This document shows, piece after piece, positions 35,611 to 49,700 of a stretch of DNA of 64,000 nucleotides. This DNA is from Octopus sinensis. Its lineage: Eukaryota. How positions within the stretch are numbered: the first letter of the stretch is position 1; each line of letters begins with the position of its first letter. Under the pieces are notes generated by a model. The model did not search any database. It was given only the letters and a program-made list of their open reading frames with translations, and had not been told where the DNA came from. The position numbers and the translations under genes were made by a program. The stretch covers positions 3,782,001-3,846,000 of the forward strand of contig NC_043020.1 of NCBI RefSeq assembly GCF_006345805.1. The letters run 5' to 3'.

Positions 35611-36837
35611 TTAATCTGATGATTGAAACAAGCGGCCTTGTGTCTCAGAACAAAGGGAAAATCTCAGGTGGGTTGATATTGAAAAAAGTTTATCTCTAAT
35701 ATATCAGACATACTAACTAACCTCCCTTAATTCACAAAGGAAAAGGTATGAAATGTCCACAATACATTTCTTTTAAAAGGTAATTTAATAAAAAAAACAA
35801 ACCTAAAAAATAGACTAAACATTTTTAGCAAGAGAAGTTTGTGTTGGAATTCTTATCCTCAATAAAGTACAGAACATAAGTCCGAAGAACTTGAGTTCCA
35901 ATCTATATGCTACCATTTAGTCATATATTTAGAAGTGTACCCTTAATTGTACATTAACTTAGTCCATTTAGCTTCAAGGGAGTAAGGTATAAAATGAAGC
36001 ATGGATGTTACCTGAGATAGACTAATGTTCTATAAAGAAAAAATTTCTCTTTCACCTGCTTCACAGTATAAAACCAAAGTTGAGGTGTGGCATTTAAAAC
36101 CTTCCTCTCCCAGTGCTTTGCAGATATTTATACCAATTTCATTTTTGCTTTTTGTTGTTGCTTTTGTTTACAACATCATTGATAAGATATGTGAAAATCC
36201 TGTAAAAATATATGGTGAGAAAACCTGTCTTGTAAGAATTCATTATCTCTTTTACCACTGTGTTGCTAATACTCACTTAAGCACTTGAAAAGCAGTATAA
36301 GAGCAACCTAGCCCTGTTATGTAGTCTCTACCAAATATTAAAAAATAATGTTTTTTTTTAAAGGAAATCAAAAATGTGTTCAATATAACAGAATTTTCAA
36401 AACATCATGATAGAACAAGTCACCCGTTCTTTGGTAAAGACTCAAAGAGTACTTACTTTGAAAGACAATAAAATATAGTAAGCACCTAGGGAAAAATTGC
36501 AACAATCTTCTGTAATTGTTTCCTCCACCAAGCTGAAGACGGTGATTTATGATTTGGTGTTCAGTGAGTTTATTAGCAAAAAGAAAAGAACAACTCAAAA
36601 CTGTAAACTAAACTCCAGACACACCTTTTATCATTCTTATCTTATCTCTAAAATGCGTGATTAACAATGAAAATTCATCTTTTAACCTACCCTTATTGCA
36701 TAATTAAAAAAGACATAAATTTCCATTCTTTAACAGCATTTAAAGAGAAATGGTCAAATAGAACTAAACCATGGCACAAATAACAACACAAACACAAACA
36801 TGCAAACTAATCAAATATACACTTCAATTTGTTTAAC

Positions 36838-39800
36838 ACACACACACACACATGCCTGAAAGTGTTTTATTTTTTAAGTCCCAGAAACTTCAAGCATGTG
36901 GAGGCATAAACCAAAACGTAACTGAGTGAGGGCAGTGGAAGAAAACATTGGTAAATAAGATGTTTATGTGAGAAACCTAATCTCCAGGGTAGGGGACACA
37001 GAGATAGGACATTCTTAAAGACATTGGCCCAAAGTGGTATTGCTATGTGGTTAAGTAGTTCAGTCTTTGTGGTACCAGGTTCAATTCTACTGCACATTAC
37101 CTTGGGCAAGTGTCTTCTACTGCAGCCTTAGGGTAATCAATGCACTGAGAGTGGAATTGGTTATGTAATTCTAGATGTATTGTCGGAAAGAAAAGACATG
37201 ATTGTCACAGCTGACCAAAACGGTCTTTTGAATATGGAAGTTGGCCTTTGTATATATAGCCTAATTAGAAGTTAAGGGGTGTGATGAGCAAAGTTGAAAT
37301 CCTGACTCAACAGGTTCAGTCCACCTGGTGGGTTGGGTTCTACGGAGTTTCTAGTTACCCACTTTCGCTTTAAAAGACTTGAGCCAATGTAAGGTTATAG
37401 TAGAATACATTGACCGGATGTGAAATCCAACTCAGAACCACGGGATTGTGAAGTGACTAATTCTTGAACACACAACAAAACCTGTGCTGATGCAGGGGCC
37501 AAACAGCCGAGTGGACGAGGTTTTATCTTTAACACAAGCAAGCAAATTATATTCTATATAAAAAGACGGCGAGCTGGCAGAATCGTTAGCAAGTCGGGTA
37601 AAATGCTTACCGGTATTTCGTCTGCTGTTACGTTCTGAGTTCAAATTCCGCTGAGGTTGACTTTGCCTTTCATCCTTTCGGGGTCGATAAATTAAGTACC
37701 AGTTATGCACTGGGGTCGATGTAATCGACTTAATCCGTTTGTCTGTCCTGGTTTGTTCCCTCTGTGTTTAACCCCTTGTGGGTAGTAAAGAAATATATAT
37801 TCTTTTGATGTTGAACAGATTCTTTTATGGCCGACTCCCACCTGTTTTTAAGCAAGGTAATAACCTTGTAATGTATCTACGAATAAACAGGCTGGAGATA
37901 GCAATGCAGAGAAATGGAAAAAAGACAACACTATTTGAATAAGCCTTTGGTTATATGTTGAGGAACATCAAGAAAACCAGGCGTATTTTTGCTTGCAGAC
38001 TGCAATCGAATGCCTGAACAGAGAGGTTAGTGTTTATAACCAGCAAACACATGAGAGGACAAAAGGAAATACAAATTCACACATGCATGCACACACAGAT
38101 GTATATATACTTGTGTGTGTGTGTGTGTGTGTGTATACACACTCACACAAAAACAAGAAATTAACTTAACCGCATAGCCATACTTGTGCCTATATATATA
38201 TATATATACATATGCATGTGTAGTTGTAACAAAAGTTTAACCTCCTATTTGAAACTTTTAAGTCATATTTCAAGTTGCTCTGGTTTTTAGAAAACAATTG
38301 TTCAGTAAACTGTGTTAACCCTTTTGTTACCGTATTTATTTTGAGATGCTCTGTATTTCTTTCAATTAATTTTAAATATAACAAAGAATTTAGTAAAATA
38401 ACTTGGTTATCATTTAACTAGTGTTAGGAACATAAATTGTGACTAAGGTTTGGCGGAAGATTTTAATTCAAAACTTATGAAAACAAAACATTTGTACTAA
38501 AGAGCCAGAGCCAGTTTCAGCCGGGTTGGTAATGAAAGGGTTAAAAGATTACATCAAAGTAACCACACACACACACATGCCTGAAAGTGTTTTATTTTTT
38601 AAGTCCCAGAAACTTCAAGCATGTGGAGGCATAAACCAAAACGTAACTGAGTGAGGGCAGTGGAAGAAAACATTGGTAAATAAGATGTTTATGTGAGAAA
38701 CCTAATCTCCAGGGTAGGGGACACAGAGATAGGACATTCTTAAAGACATTGGCCCAAAGTGGTATTGCTATGTGGTTAAGTAGTTCAGTCTTTGTGGTAC
38801 CAGGTTCAATTCTACTGCACATTACCTTGGGCAAGTGTCTTCTACTGCAGCCTTAGGGTAATCAATGCACTGAGAGTGGAATTGGTTATGTAATTCTAGA
38901 TGTATTGTCGGAAAGAAAAAGACATGATTGTCACAGCTGACCAAAACGGTCTTTTGAATATGGAAGTTGGCCTTTGTATATATAGCCTAATTAGAAGTTA
39001 AGGGGTGTGATGAGCAAAGTTGAAATCCTGACTCAACAGGTTCAGTCCACCTGGTGGGTTGGGTTCTACGGAGTTTCTAGTTACCCACTTTCGCTTTAAA
39101 AGACTTGAGCCAATGTAAGGTTATAGTAGAATACATTGACCGGATGTGAAATCCAACTCAGAACCACGGGATTGTGAAGTGACTAATTCTTGAACACACA
39201 ACAAAACCTGTGCTGATGCAGGGGCCAAACAGCCGAGTGGACGAGGTTTTATCTTTAACACAAGCAAGCAAATTATATTCTATATAAAAAGACGGCGAGC
39301 TGGCAGAATCGTTAGCAAGTCGGGTAAATGCTTACCGGTATTTCGTCTGCTGTTACGTTCTGAGTTCAAATTCCGCTGAGGTTGACTTTGCCTTTCATCC
39401 TTTTGGGGTCGATAAATTAAGTACCAGTTATGCACTGGGGTCGATGTAATCGACTTAATCCGTTTGTCTGTCCTGGTTTGTTCCCTCTGTGTTTAACCCC
39501 TTGTGGGTAGTAAAGAAATATATATTCTTTTGATGTTGAACAGATTCTTTTATGGCCGACTCCCACCTGTTTTTAAGCAAGGTAATAACCTTGTAATGTA
39601 TCTACGAATAAACAGGCTGGAGATAGCAATGCAGAGAAATGGAAAAAAGACAACACTATTTGAATAAGCCTTTGGTTATATGTTGAGGAACATCAAGAAA
39701 ACCAGGCGTATTTTTGCTTGCAGACTGCAATCGAATGCCTGAACAGAGAGGTTAGTGTTTATAACCAGCAAACACATGAGAGGACAAAAGGAAATACAAA

Positions 39801-42016
39801 TTCACACATGCATGCACACACAGATGTATATATACTTGTGTGTGTGTGTGTGTGTGTATACACACTCACACAAAAACAAGAAATTAACTTAACCGCATAG
39901 CCATACTTGTGCCTATATATATATATATATACATATGCATGTGTAGTTGTAACAAAAGTTTAACCTCCTATTTGAAACTTTTAAGTCATATTTCAAGTTG
40001 CTCTGGTTTTTAGAAAACAATTGTTCAGTAAACTGTGTTAACCCTTTTGTTACCGTATTTATTTTGAGATGCTCTGTATTTCTTTCAATTAATTTTAAAT
40101 ATAACAAAGAATTTAGTAAAATAACTTGGTTATCATTTAACTAGTGTTAGGAACATAAATTGTGACTAAGGTTTGGCGGAAGATTTTAATTCAAAACTTA
40201 TGAAAACAAAACATTTGTACTAAAGAGCCAGAGCCAGTTTCAGCCGGGTTGGTAATGAAAGGGTTAAAAGATTACATCAAAGTAACCACACACACACACA
40301 TGCCTGAAAGTGTTTTATTTTTTAAGTCCCAGAAACTTCAAGCATGTGGAGGCATAAACCAAAACGTAACTGAGTGAGGGCAGTGGAAGAAAACATTGGT
40401 AAATAAGATGTTTATGTGAGAAACCTAATCTCCAGGGTAGGGGACACAGAGATAGGACATTCTTAAAGACATTGGCCCAAAGTGGTATTGCTATGTGGTT
40501 AAGTAGTTCAGTCTTTGTGGTACCAGGTTCAATTCTACTGCACATTACCTTGGGCAAGTGTCTTCTACTGCAGCCTTAGGGTAATCAATGCACTGAGAGT
40601 GGAATTGGTTATGTAATTCTAGATGTATTGTCGGAAAGAAAAAGACATGATTGTCACAGCTGACCAAAACGGTCTTTTGAATATGGAAGTTGGCCTTTGT
40701 ATATATAGCCTAATTAGAAGTTAAGGGGTGTGATGAGCAAAGTTGAAATCCTGACTCAACAGGTTCAGTCCACCTGGTGGGTTGGGTTCTACGGAGTTTC
40801 TAGTTACCCACTTTCGCTTTAAAAGACTTGAGCCAATGTAAGGTTATAGTAGAATACATTGACCGGATGTGAAATCCAACTCAGAACCACGGGATTGTGA
40901 AGTGACTAATTCTTGAACACACAACAAAACCTGTGCTGATGCAGGGGCCAAACAGCCGAGTGGACGAGGTTTTATCTTTAACACAAGCAAGCAAATTATA
41001 TTCTATATAAAAAGACGGCGAGCTGGCAGAATCGTTAGCAAGTCGGGTAAAATGCTTACCGGTATTTCGTCTGCTGTTACGTTCTGAGTTCAAATTCCGC
41101 TGAGGTTGACTTTGCCTTTCATCCTTTCGGGGTCGATAAATTAAGTACCAGTTATGCACTGGGGTCGATGTAATCGACTTAATCCGTTTGTCTGTCCTGG
41201 TTTGTTCCCTCTGTGTTTAACCCCTTGTGGGTAGTAAAGAAATATATATTCTTTTGATGTTGAACAGATTCTTTTATGGCCGACTCCCACCTGTTTTTAA
41301 GCAAGGTAATAACCTTGTAATGTATCTACGAATAAACAGGCTGGAGATAGCAATGCAGAGAAATGGAAAAAAGACAACACTATTTGAATAAGCCTTTGGT
41401 TATATGTTGAGGAACATCAAGAAAACCAGGCGTATTTTTGCTTGCAGACTGCAATCGAATGCCTGAACAGAGAGGTTAGTGTTTATAACCAGCAAACACA
41501 TGAGAGGACAAAAGGAAATACAAATTCACACATGCATGCACACACAGATGTATATATACTTGTGTGTGTGTGTGTGTGTGTGTATACACACTCACACAAA
41601 AACAAGAAATTAACTTAACCGCATAGCCATACTTGTGCCTATATATATATATATATACATATGCATGTGTAGTTGTAACAAAAGTTTAACCTCCTATTTG
41701 AAACTTTTAAGTCATATTTCAAGTTGCTCTGGTTTTTAGAAAACAATTGTTCAGTAAACTGTGTTAACCCTTTTGTTACCGTATTTATTTTGAGATGCTC
41801 TGTATTTCTTTCAATTAATTTTAAATATAACAAAGAATTTAGTAAAATAACTTGGTTATCATTTAACTAGTGTTAGGAACATAAATTGTGACTAAGGTTT
41901 GGCGGAAGATTTTAATTCAAAACTTATGAAAACAAAACATTTGTACTAAAGAGCCAGAGCCAGTTTCAGCCGGGTTGGTAATGAAAGGGTTAAAAGATTA
42001 CATCAAAGTAACCACA
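36838..42016. repeat. Tandem triplication of a unit of about 1.72 kb
   Basis: Identical ORFs recur at offsets of 1723-1726 bp (36867/38592/40315; 38190/39913/41639). The differences I noticed were homopolymer-length changes and a C/T substitution. Confidence 0.97.
37563..37790 (+). mobile_element. tRNA-derived SINE with a Nin/Deu-like central domain (also in triplication copies 2 and 3 and at about 62020-62215)
   Basis: GACGGCGAGCTGGCAGAATCGTTAGC head, GAGTTCAAATTCC B-box, TTTCATCCTTTCGGGGTCGATAAATTAAGTACC core. Confidence 0.75.
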
Positions 42017-42928
42017 AATTACATTATTTGCCTATTTTATTATGGACTATTTAAAAAATAGTTTTATGCTCTTGATATTTTGATTGTTTTTCACAGGGAG
42101 ATTATGTGTACAAGCCTGTGTTTATTGCATTTTTAAGGAGATTAACTTGAAAGTGCAAAAAATCTGTGAAGGGTAAGTTTCAAAATGTATTTTGAATTTT
42201 CCTATGTATTTTTATCTTTTACTTCTTTCAGTCATTGCACAGGGGCCCCATGCTGGGACACTTGAAGGGTTTTGGTAGAAAAGCTTGACCTCAGGACATA
42301 TTTTGGGAAGCAAGCATCTTACCACACAGCCACACATGCACTTATCTTAAAAAAGAGTGGACACATTGGATATAGTCCAAGATTCACCATGTCAGGGGGT
42401 GGGGGGGAATAAAAAGGAATGTAGAGATGGTCACAGTTGGAATGCCTTTGAGACTTGGTCTGCCTTTCATCGTTCAGGATACAGCTGCCACCAAACAACA
42501 GCAATAAACAGCCATATTTTATTTTTCTTAAGTTAAACCCCTAAATTCTTAACAAAGGGCACATTGGATAGTGTACTCCAAGGAATACTATACTCAGAGA
42601 AAAAAAAAGGGGGAATCATTATGGCTGGACAACATTTGATCCTTTAAAGTTTCACCCAATTTAATAAGTTTACTCTGCAACTATCTTGAGCAAGTGTCTT
42701 CTACTCTCGCTCCTGGCGCCAACAACTGCCTTGCGAGTGAATGAATTCGGTAGATAAAAACTGGGCGGAAACCCAAATATACATACATACGCACACATGC
42801 ACACACATGACAGAACTAAACAGAAACCCCATAAAACCTCGTTTTATGTTTATTCTAACTTGTAAAGGTTTATATTTTTTATTAATTGACATTTTTATGT
42901 TTCAGGTTCTATATGTGACTGTTTAATC

Positions 42929-43948
42929 ATGCCATGTACAAAAGAAGCCTTAGAACTATCCAAATTTCAAAGAGGCCATATTGTGGGTCAATCTGAAGGT
43001 GGACTTCAGTAAAACTACAGAAAACCTTGAGATCCTGCTTTCTACAGTTAATATAGTGATTATGCAATTCACCAGATAGGGGAAGGAGTCCACATCACCT
43101 TGTCCAGGTCAACTGACAAGACCCTTCACTTTGTTAAGAGAAGTCTGGAGGATAATCCTCATTGCAAGGCCTTTGATATAGCAGAACAAGTTGATGTCAG
43201 TCCCAGAACAGCTGTCAGGTATCTCCACAAACTTGGTTACTATGGCAGAGCAGCAAGAAGGAAGCCACTTCTTTGACCAGTCAACATCAAGCGGAGAAAA
43301 GATTGGACCAGTGAGATGATGGAGAGGCCACTAGCATTTTGGGACACTGCCGTATTCTCTGAGGAGTCCAGATTTGCTGTATTTCCTGATAGCAGTCGAG
43401 TGTAGGTCTGGAGATTCTGTGATCAAGAATTTGATGTGAAAAGATTGCAGCCAAAATTGAAGCAAGGCAGCTATTCTGTGATGGTCTGGGGAGCAATTTG
43501 GAGCAATGATTGATTAGAGCAGGTGGAGTGTGAGGGAAACATAAACTCAGATAAAATATGTGTCCATATTGCAGAAAGGACTCCTTTCAATCTTCTCCAG
43601 TGGTGAAATGGTTAAAGAAGACTCTTTATGGAAGATGGGGTTCTTTGTCACATGGCCAAAATGACCTAAGATTTGTTGGATGAGAATGGCATTACAAAGC
43701 TTCCATGGCCAAGGCAGTCACCAGATATGGGCCCTATTGAAGAACCTCTGGGACATAATGGATAGGGCACTTCAGGAAAACAACAAGAAAGCATCTTCAA
43801 AGTCAGATCTTTTGAGATTACTGCATGAAACTTGGCAAGAAATTCCGCAAAAGAATATTTGTCATCTGATCAGTAACATGCCTACTAGGGTCCTTGAAAT
43901 GAAGAATGCAAAGGGCATGTCTACTAAATATCAAATATTCCCATTATA
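42929..43948 (+). mobile_element. Decayed Tc1-like transposase
   Basis: ELSKFQRGHIVG start, [30 protein letters not shown] and KGMSTKY remnants with several stops and frameshifts. Confidence 0.85.
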
Positions 43949-46011
43949 ACAATTAATAAATAATTTGAATGTAAAATTTCAGATTTAAATAAATCTAAGT
44001 AAATGTCTATTTATTTCTGTCATGTTTGTGTACACACACACATATATATATGTATATACATATACACATAAATGTATGTATTTGTATATATAAACATGCA
44101 CACACACACACACGTGTGTGTGTGATTGAAAATTATACGCAAAAACTAGAGAGACAACCGAGGAAACAACAGACAGGGTGTATTAATTTACACACAAACA
44201 CATACATATATGTGTACGTCTCAGAAACTGTGTTTGCTCCTCCCTCCACTCGCCCACCCACACCATCCAACATTCAGAGCTGGTTTGTGTGCATTCACAC
44301 AGCTGAGCAGTTTGGCAAAAAAGACTCATAGAATAAGTACCAAACTTTAAAAAATATAAGTACTGGAGTCAATTTCTTCATGTGCAGGTGGCACAAAAAA
44401 AGCACCATTTGAACGTGGCCGCTGCCAGTACCGCCTTGAATGGCTTCTGTGCCGGTGGCAAGTAAAAGCAACCACTACACTCACAGAGTGGTTGGCATTA
44501 GGAAGGGCATCCAACTGCCGAAACTCTGCCAGATCAAGATTGGAGTCTGGTGCAGCCATCTGGTTCGCCAGACCCCAGTCAAATCGGCCAACCCACTTCA
44601 AGGTGGCACCTCAGTATGGCCATAGTGTAAGGACTGAAACAAAAAGGGAATACATTTAGATTAGTTTTCCACTAATATTGATTTCTAACACAAGAATGAA
44701 GGCCACACATTCACAGTGGAAGGGAAACAGCCCAAACGTACTTGAATGGAATTGTATTTTTAACCACTCTGGAAGGATGAACGGCAAAGTCAAACAGCAT
44801 TTAAATTCCAAGTGAAAAGAAACTTGATTAAATATGGGTTTCAAATTTTGGCACAAGGCCATCAGGTTTGGGTCCGGTTCTTATGTTATCAACCTCAAAA
44901 AAATTAAAAGTAAAATCAACCTAGGTGGAATTTGAACTCAGAATGTAGAGATAGACAAAATGACAGTAAACATTTTTGCCTGGCATGCTAACAATTCTGC
45001 CAACTTGCTGCCTTAGACTAGATTATATATAGCAAGGTAATCGGCTGCCCTACCAATGTTATCCTTCAATTAATATTTCTTAACAATTTCTGCTTGTATA
45101 TTAATGTTATACTTTTACATTTTATATGTTTCAGTCATGGATTGTGGCCACGGTGTGGCAACCCCATCCTAAAGAGTGGACAAATCAACTTCTTTTCTTA
45201 AGGTCTGGTACCTGTTTTATTTGTTTCTTTTGTCAAATCACTAATTAACAGGAACATAAACAAACCAACACCATTTTTCAGGCGATGGTGCAGGAATGAA
45301 CTCAAACACAAAGATACACGGGCTTCCACATATTTTCCATCTACCAAATTCACTCACAAAGCCTGAGGTTATAGTAGAAAATATAGCCATGTTATTCTTT
45401 ACCAATTTTATCCAAGAGACAACCAATTCTGCCCTTAGACTCTACTCATTTTAACTCTAAATACTATCCCTAGACTTATGTTTCTCTACTAATTCTACTC
45501 CCAGGTGCTTTTGTTTCTAACCTTTCAATACAATAACAATTTCTTCAGTTTTGGCACAAAGTCAATTTTATTTAAGGAAACAGTAGAGTTGATTGAGCCA
45601 GTGCTGGTACATACCTCACTACGTGTTATTGTTGAATTGTAATATTTACATTTACAAATCATAAACACCAGGATAGTTTGAATTCAGAACATAGGCTTAA
45701 ACAAAATTGAAAATTATGTATGATGACTTGGCATATGCGACACTGGTACCACCACCACCACCACCACCACCACCACCACCACTAACTGTGATGTTAAAAT
45801 GACTTCTTCAAGTCAAAAATAACTGGTACACACACACACACACACACACAAAGCAACAACAAACAAAAGCTGGTAGCATTACTACTTACTACAACACACA
45901 CACACACACACACACACACATATTCCAGCAGAACAAGAAAAAAAAACATTCCTTTAATCTCTTCATCTGCAGCTCAATGTCAACTCAATAACAATTGCAT
46001 AGAACTACCAG

Positions 46012-46051
<40 letters not shown>

Positions 46052-48004
46052 TTCACAAGCCATCATAGGTACATACACATACTCTTCCTACCCACCTACA
46101 AACCAGCAGTAAACAAATACACACATACACATATGCACAGTTACACAGACAATATAAAGATATACACATGCACAAATTCAACACATATTCACATATATGT
46201 ATAAACAAATATACACACGATCCTAACACTCAGTTGCACACACACACAATCACAAGTATATGCACAACCACACATACATAGAAACACAAACATGTTCAGA
46301 AAACACTACGACAAGACACACACACACACACACACACACATTGGTACAGATGTACACACACAGGTATAGAGACCTGCATACAGACAAACAACTTCAAAAC
46401 CACACACATAGGTGTGGAACATACACACAGAAACAGACAAGCAGCGGTAGAAGCACAAATATATATACTGTAAAAGACATACCATTAACACAAATGCACA
46501 CACACATATATAGATACAGATATGTACACATGGAGGGGTATACAGACATGTAAACACCATACACATGCATCACGTGATCTCCTCCTTACCGAAATACAAA
46601 CATGTAGACATGGTGACACATAGATATACCAACACAAATACACACAATCAGAACCCCAGATGCAGAAGAAACAGAGACAGGCACCAGGGCACCTTTTTTT
46701 TACAAGGGTTTAGTCAGTTCTATCAATTATGCTACTGACATACTCATGTTATGAAGTTTAGAATTCCTGAACAATCTTGTAATGCAGTATCTCCTAACAC
46801 ACAATATTTTCTCATTTATTTCCAGGTTATAAACTACGAATCAGCAGAATTGGCCCATTAATATTTAAACCAGCCACATCTGGCCCTAATATTCTAACAG
46901 CTTAAGGCAGAGAGCTGGCAAAATGTTTAGGTGTTTCGTGTGTCTTTACATTCTGAGTTCAAATTCTGCCAAGGTCAATTTTGCCTTTCATTCTTTTGGG
47001 GGTTAATAAAATAAGTACCAGTTGAGTACTTGGGTCATTGTAATCAATGTAGCTCCTTCCCTGACATTGCAGGCCTTGCACCAAAATTTGAAACCAATAT
47101 TCTATCAGTTTTATATTCATACTGGTTAGATCCAGTTTCTCACATACTCTACAATGTCATAACTAAAAATAAAAAACACATCATCAAAACCTTATGATTA
47201 ATTCAAAACAATGTGAATAAATATTACACCTGACAGAATACCTGGAATGCTTAAGGGGGGAGGAGTAGTACAATCATTACCGTTCCTATTACACTATCTT
47301 ATGTGGAGCTTATTTATTCACATTGTTTTGAATTAATGATGCGTTACCTTGAGGCTTTGAGATTTTGATGATGTGATTGTTTATTTTCAGAATGGCATTG
47401 TAAGGTAGGAGTGACATGCCTGATCTGGCCAGTTTAACCCTTCAACATTCAAATTATTCGGTCAAATTTAATGCTTCTTTATTCATGCATTATTTCATAA
47501 CTTTGAGATTTCAATGATATAATTGGTTATATTTAGAATGACATTGCTGGGTAGGTAGTAGATGTGAAAGGCTGGATCTGGCCAGTCTGAACATAAAACA
47601 GGTAAGAGGTGTTGGCCAGATATGGCTAGTTTAAATGCTAAAGGGTTAAATATAAAACATCAGAAGACTTGCAGCTGCTTCTCTGCAAGTGTCCGTTCTT
47701 TAACCATATTCTTTGTAGCCAAGTGGAGTGGAGCAGGTGGAGCTTTGGATATTATTTCCTTGAGATGTAGACAAAGCTTCTCTGCAGCATCCCAGTGTCT
47801 GTCGTGACTTCTGCAAATTCACATCATTTGCCAGTAACCATATCTGGCAGGACTTACTGAAAAGTTTCTGTTGGGGTAAAACCTGTAAAAGTCAGATCCA
47901 GACTGGCCATATATGCTTCCAAACACCATTTGTAGTTGAGGCTATCACTTCATTCCATATCTCAAGTTAAGGGATCTGTGGAAACGGTAGACCCAGGAAG
48001 ACAT

Positions 48005-48275
48005 CATCATCATCATTGTTCAACCATGGCCGAGACAATGGAATTTACTATATTACGTCAGACCTCACAGTCCGTCATAGCATTACGGAGGTCCTGTTGC
48101 TGGATGCCTGTATCCCTGGAGATTACATCAGGGTAGGAGAGCGTGCACCCTCTGGTACTACAAGCAGATGGCTTCCAGAGGAGAAGAGTAGAAATTACCT
48201 CGTCTTCAGCACTACAACAATGTCCACCAAACTGGACTCTTCTACCTTTCACAAGAGATGACACAGGTGGTAATT
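48005..48275 (-). mobile_element. RTE-type LINE 3' fragment
   Basis: RRVQFGGHCCSAEDEVISTLLLWKP..SYPDVISRDTG remnant followed by a (GAT)n tail. Confidence 0.75.
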
Positions 48276-48284
48276 TCCATTATA

Positions 48285-48664
48285 CACTTGCGTCAGAAAT
48301 TAATTAGCACTTCTCAAATTTCTACATTAAATAGGTTAAATCAATTAACCTATGAGCTGTTAAAAACGTCTTACGCGATGAGAAAACTTAGTATGGTGTG
48401 ATTTCGGTCCTTGCGAGGCGCTACCTATATCTATTAAACAAAGGAAGATTTGTCTGCATCCGCACTCCAAGTTGTTGTTGCACTGCTATGTCAACATCAT
48501 AAGGCTGTAGACTCTCAAACTGCTCTGCAAACAAAGTTACGTCATCGTTCTGCGCAACAGTGAACTCGCAACAAAGCAATAGTTCGAGATATGGCCACTA
48601 GGTGACAGCACATACCTTGAGTGAAGAGCAAATGAAGGGTGCTAATTAATTTCTGACGGTAGTG
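48285..48664. mobile_element. Tc1/mariner-type MITE, 380 bp, 26-bp TIR, TA TSD
   Basis: TA|CACTTGCGTCAGAAATTAATTAGCAC ... GTGCTAATTAATTTCTGACGGTAGTG|TA. Confidence 0.85.
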
Positions 48665-49393
48665 TATTTGTACTTTGGTTGGAAGTATGAGGAAGACATG
48701 GGATGAGGTGGTGAAGAATGATCTTCAGATGTTGAGTCTCACAAAGGTGATAAGAAGGGATCGAGGCCTTTAGCGCTGTACTTGAGAAGACATGTCAAGT
48801 GAAATTGTAGTGAAGGCCCAATGCTAGTGACGCATAAAAGGCACCCAAAAGTCTCCAAATAAAAGTTTTTCTTTCTCCTCAAATTCTTTTCTGAATTGTT
48901 TCAAAGTTCTTTTCAGATAACACAGCTTTAAATCGGCCATCAACCTTTGAGCCATTGGCTGAAGTAAAGAAGCTGTGCTGGTAGGAATATGAATAGATAT
49001 TCCACTTGTACATTATCAGAAAGACCCTTCCATTTCAGAGATATGAAAATCACACCAAATACTAAAGCAGCAGAATCCAGCAGAATTAGAAAAGTTCTTT
49101 GTGGGCAAAAAGTAATTGTCTTTTTTTACTTCAGATGCAAAAAAACTAAAATTGCAATGAAAAAAATGTTAGTGGTGGGGGATTAATGTTGAAAGGAACG
49201 AAAAGAAAAAGGAACAAGCAACAGATTTAAAGACAATTTGTAGTCTGATGGTATAATATTAGTAGTTGTAGTAGTGGTTGCACTTTAAGTGTTGCCAGTC
49301 GTCCAAGTGTTGGTGTAAACAAATCTCAGCTGCTGTTGTAGGCCATTCTCCATCTGATGGATGTTGTTATAGGAACCACTGGCTCAACTCAGA

Positions 49394-49700
49394 TCAACCC
49401 TTAATTTTTGGGTTGAAGCAGTGGATCAGTAGAGCCTCTTTTATAAGTAAATTGTCAGTGTTGTTCTCAGAGGTTAGTATGGAGGCATCTGTTTCCTTGG
49501 TGGTGTTGCTACATCTGTTCAGGTGTCCGTAGGAGGACACAGTGGTGAGATGCTCCTTAATTCAGATGCGGAGTTGTGATGCTGTGCTCCTGATGAAGTG
49601 GTTGCCGTATTTGGAGCATCATATTTGATATACCATGCATGGATGTAAGCACATATTAGAGCCACAGAGGGGACAGTTCCGGTTCCTAAAGACACTTGGA
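49394..49700 (-). mobile_element. Decayed Penelope-like element, Cys-rich linker plus GIY-YIG endonuclease
   Basis: CPLCGSNMCLHPCMVYQI*CSKYGNHFIRSTASQLRI*IKEHL...LLIKEALLIHCFNPKIKG*. Matches the VYxIxC..YIG.T.R.L..R.KEH..E..I pattern of PLE endonucleases, with two in-frame stops. Confidence 0.8.
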
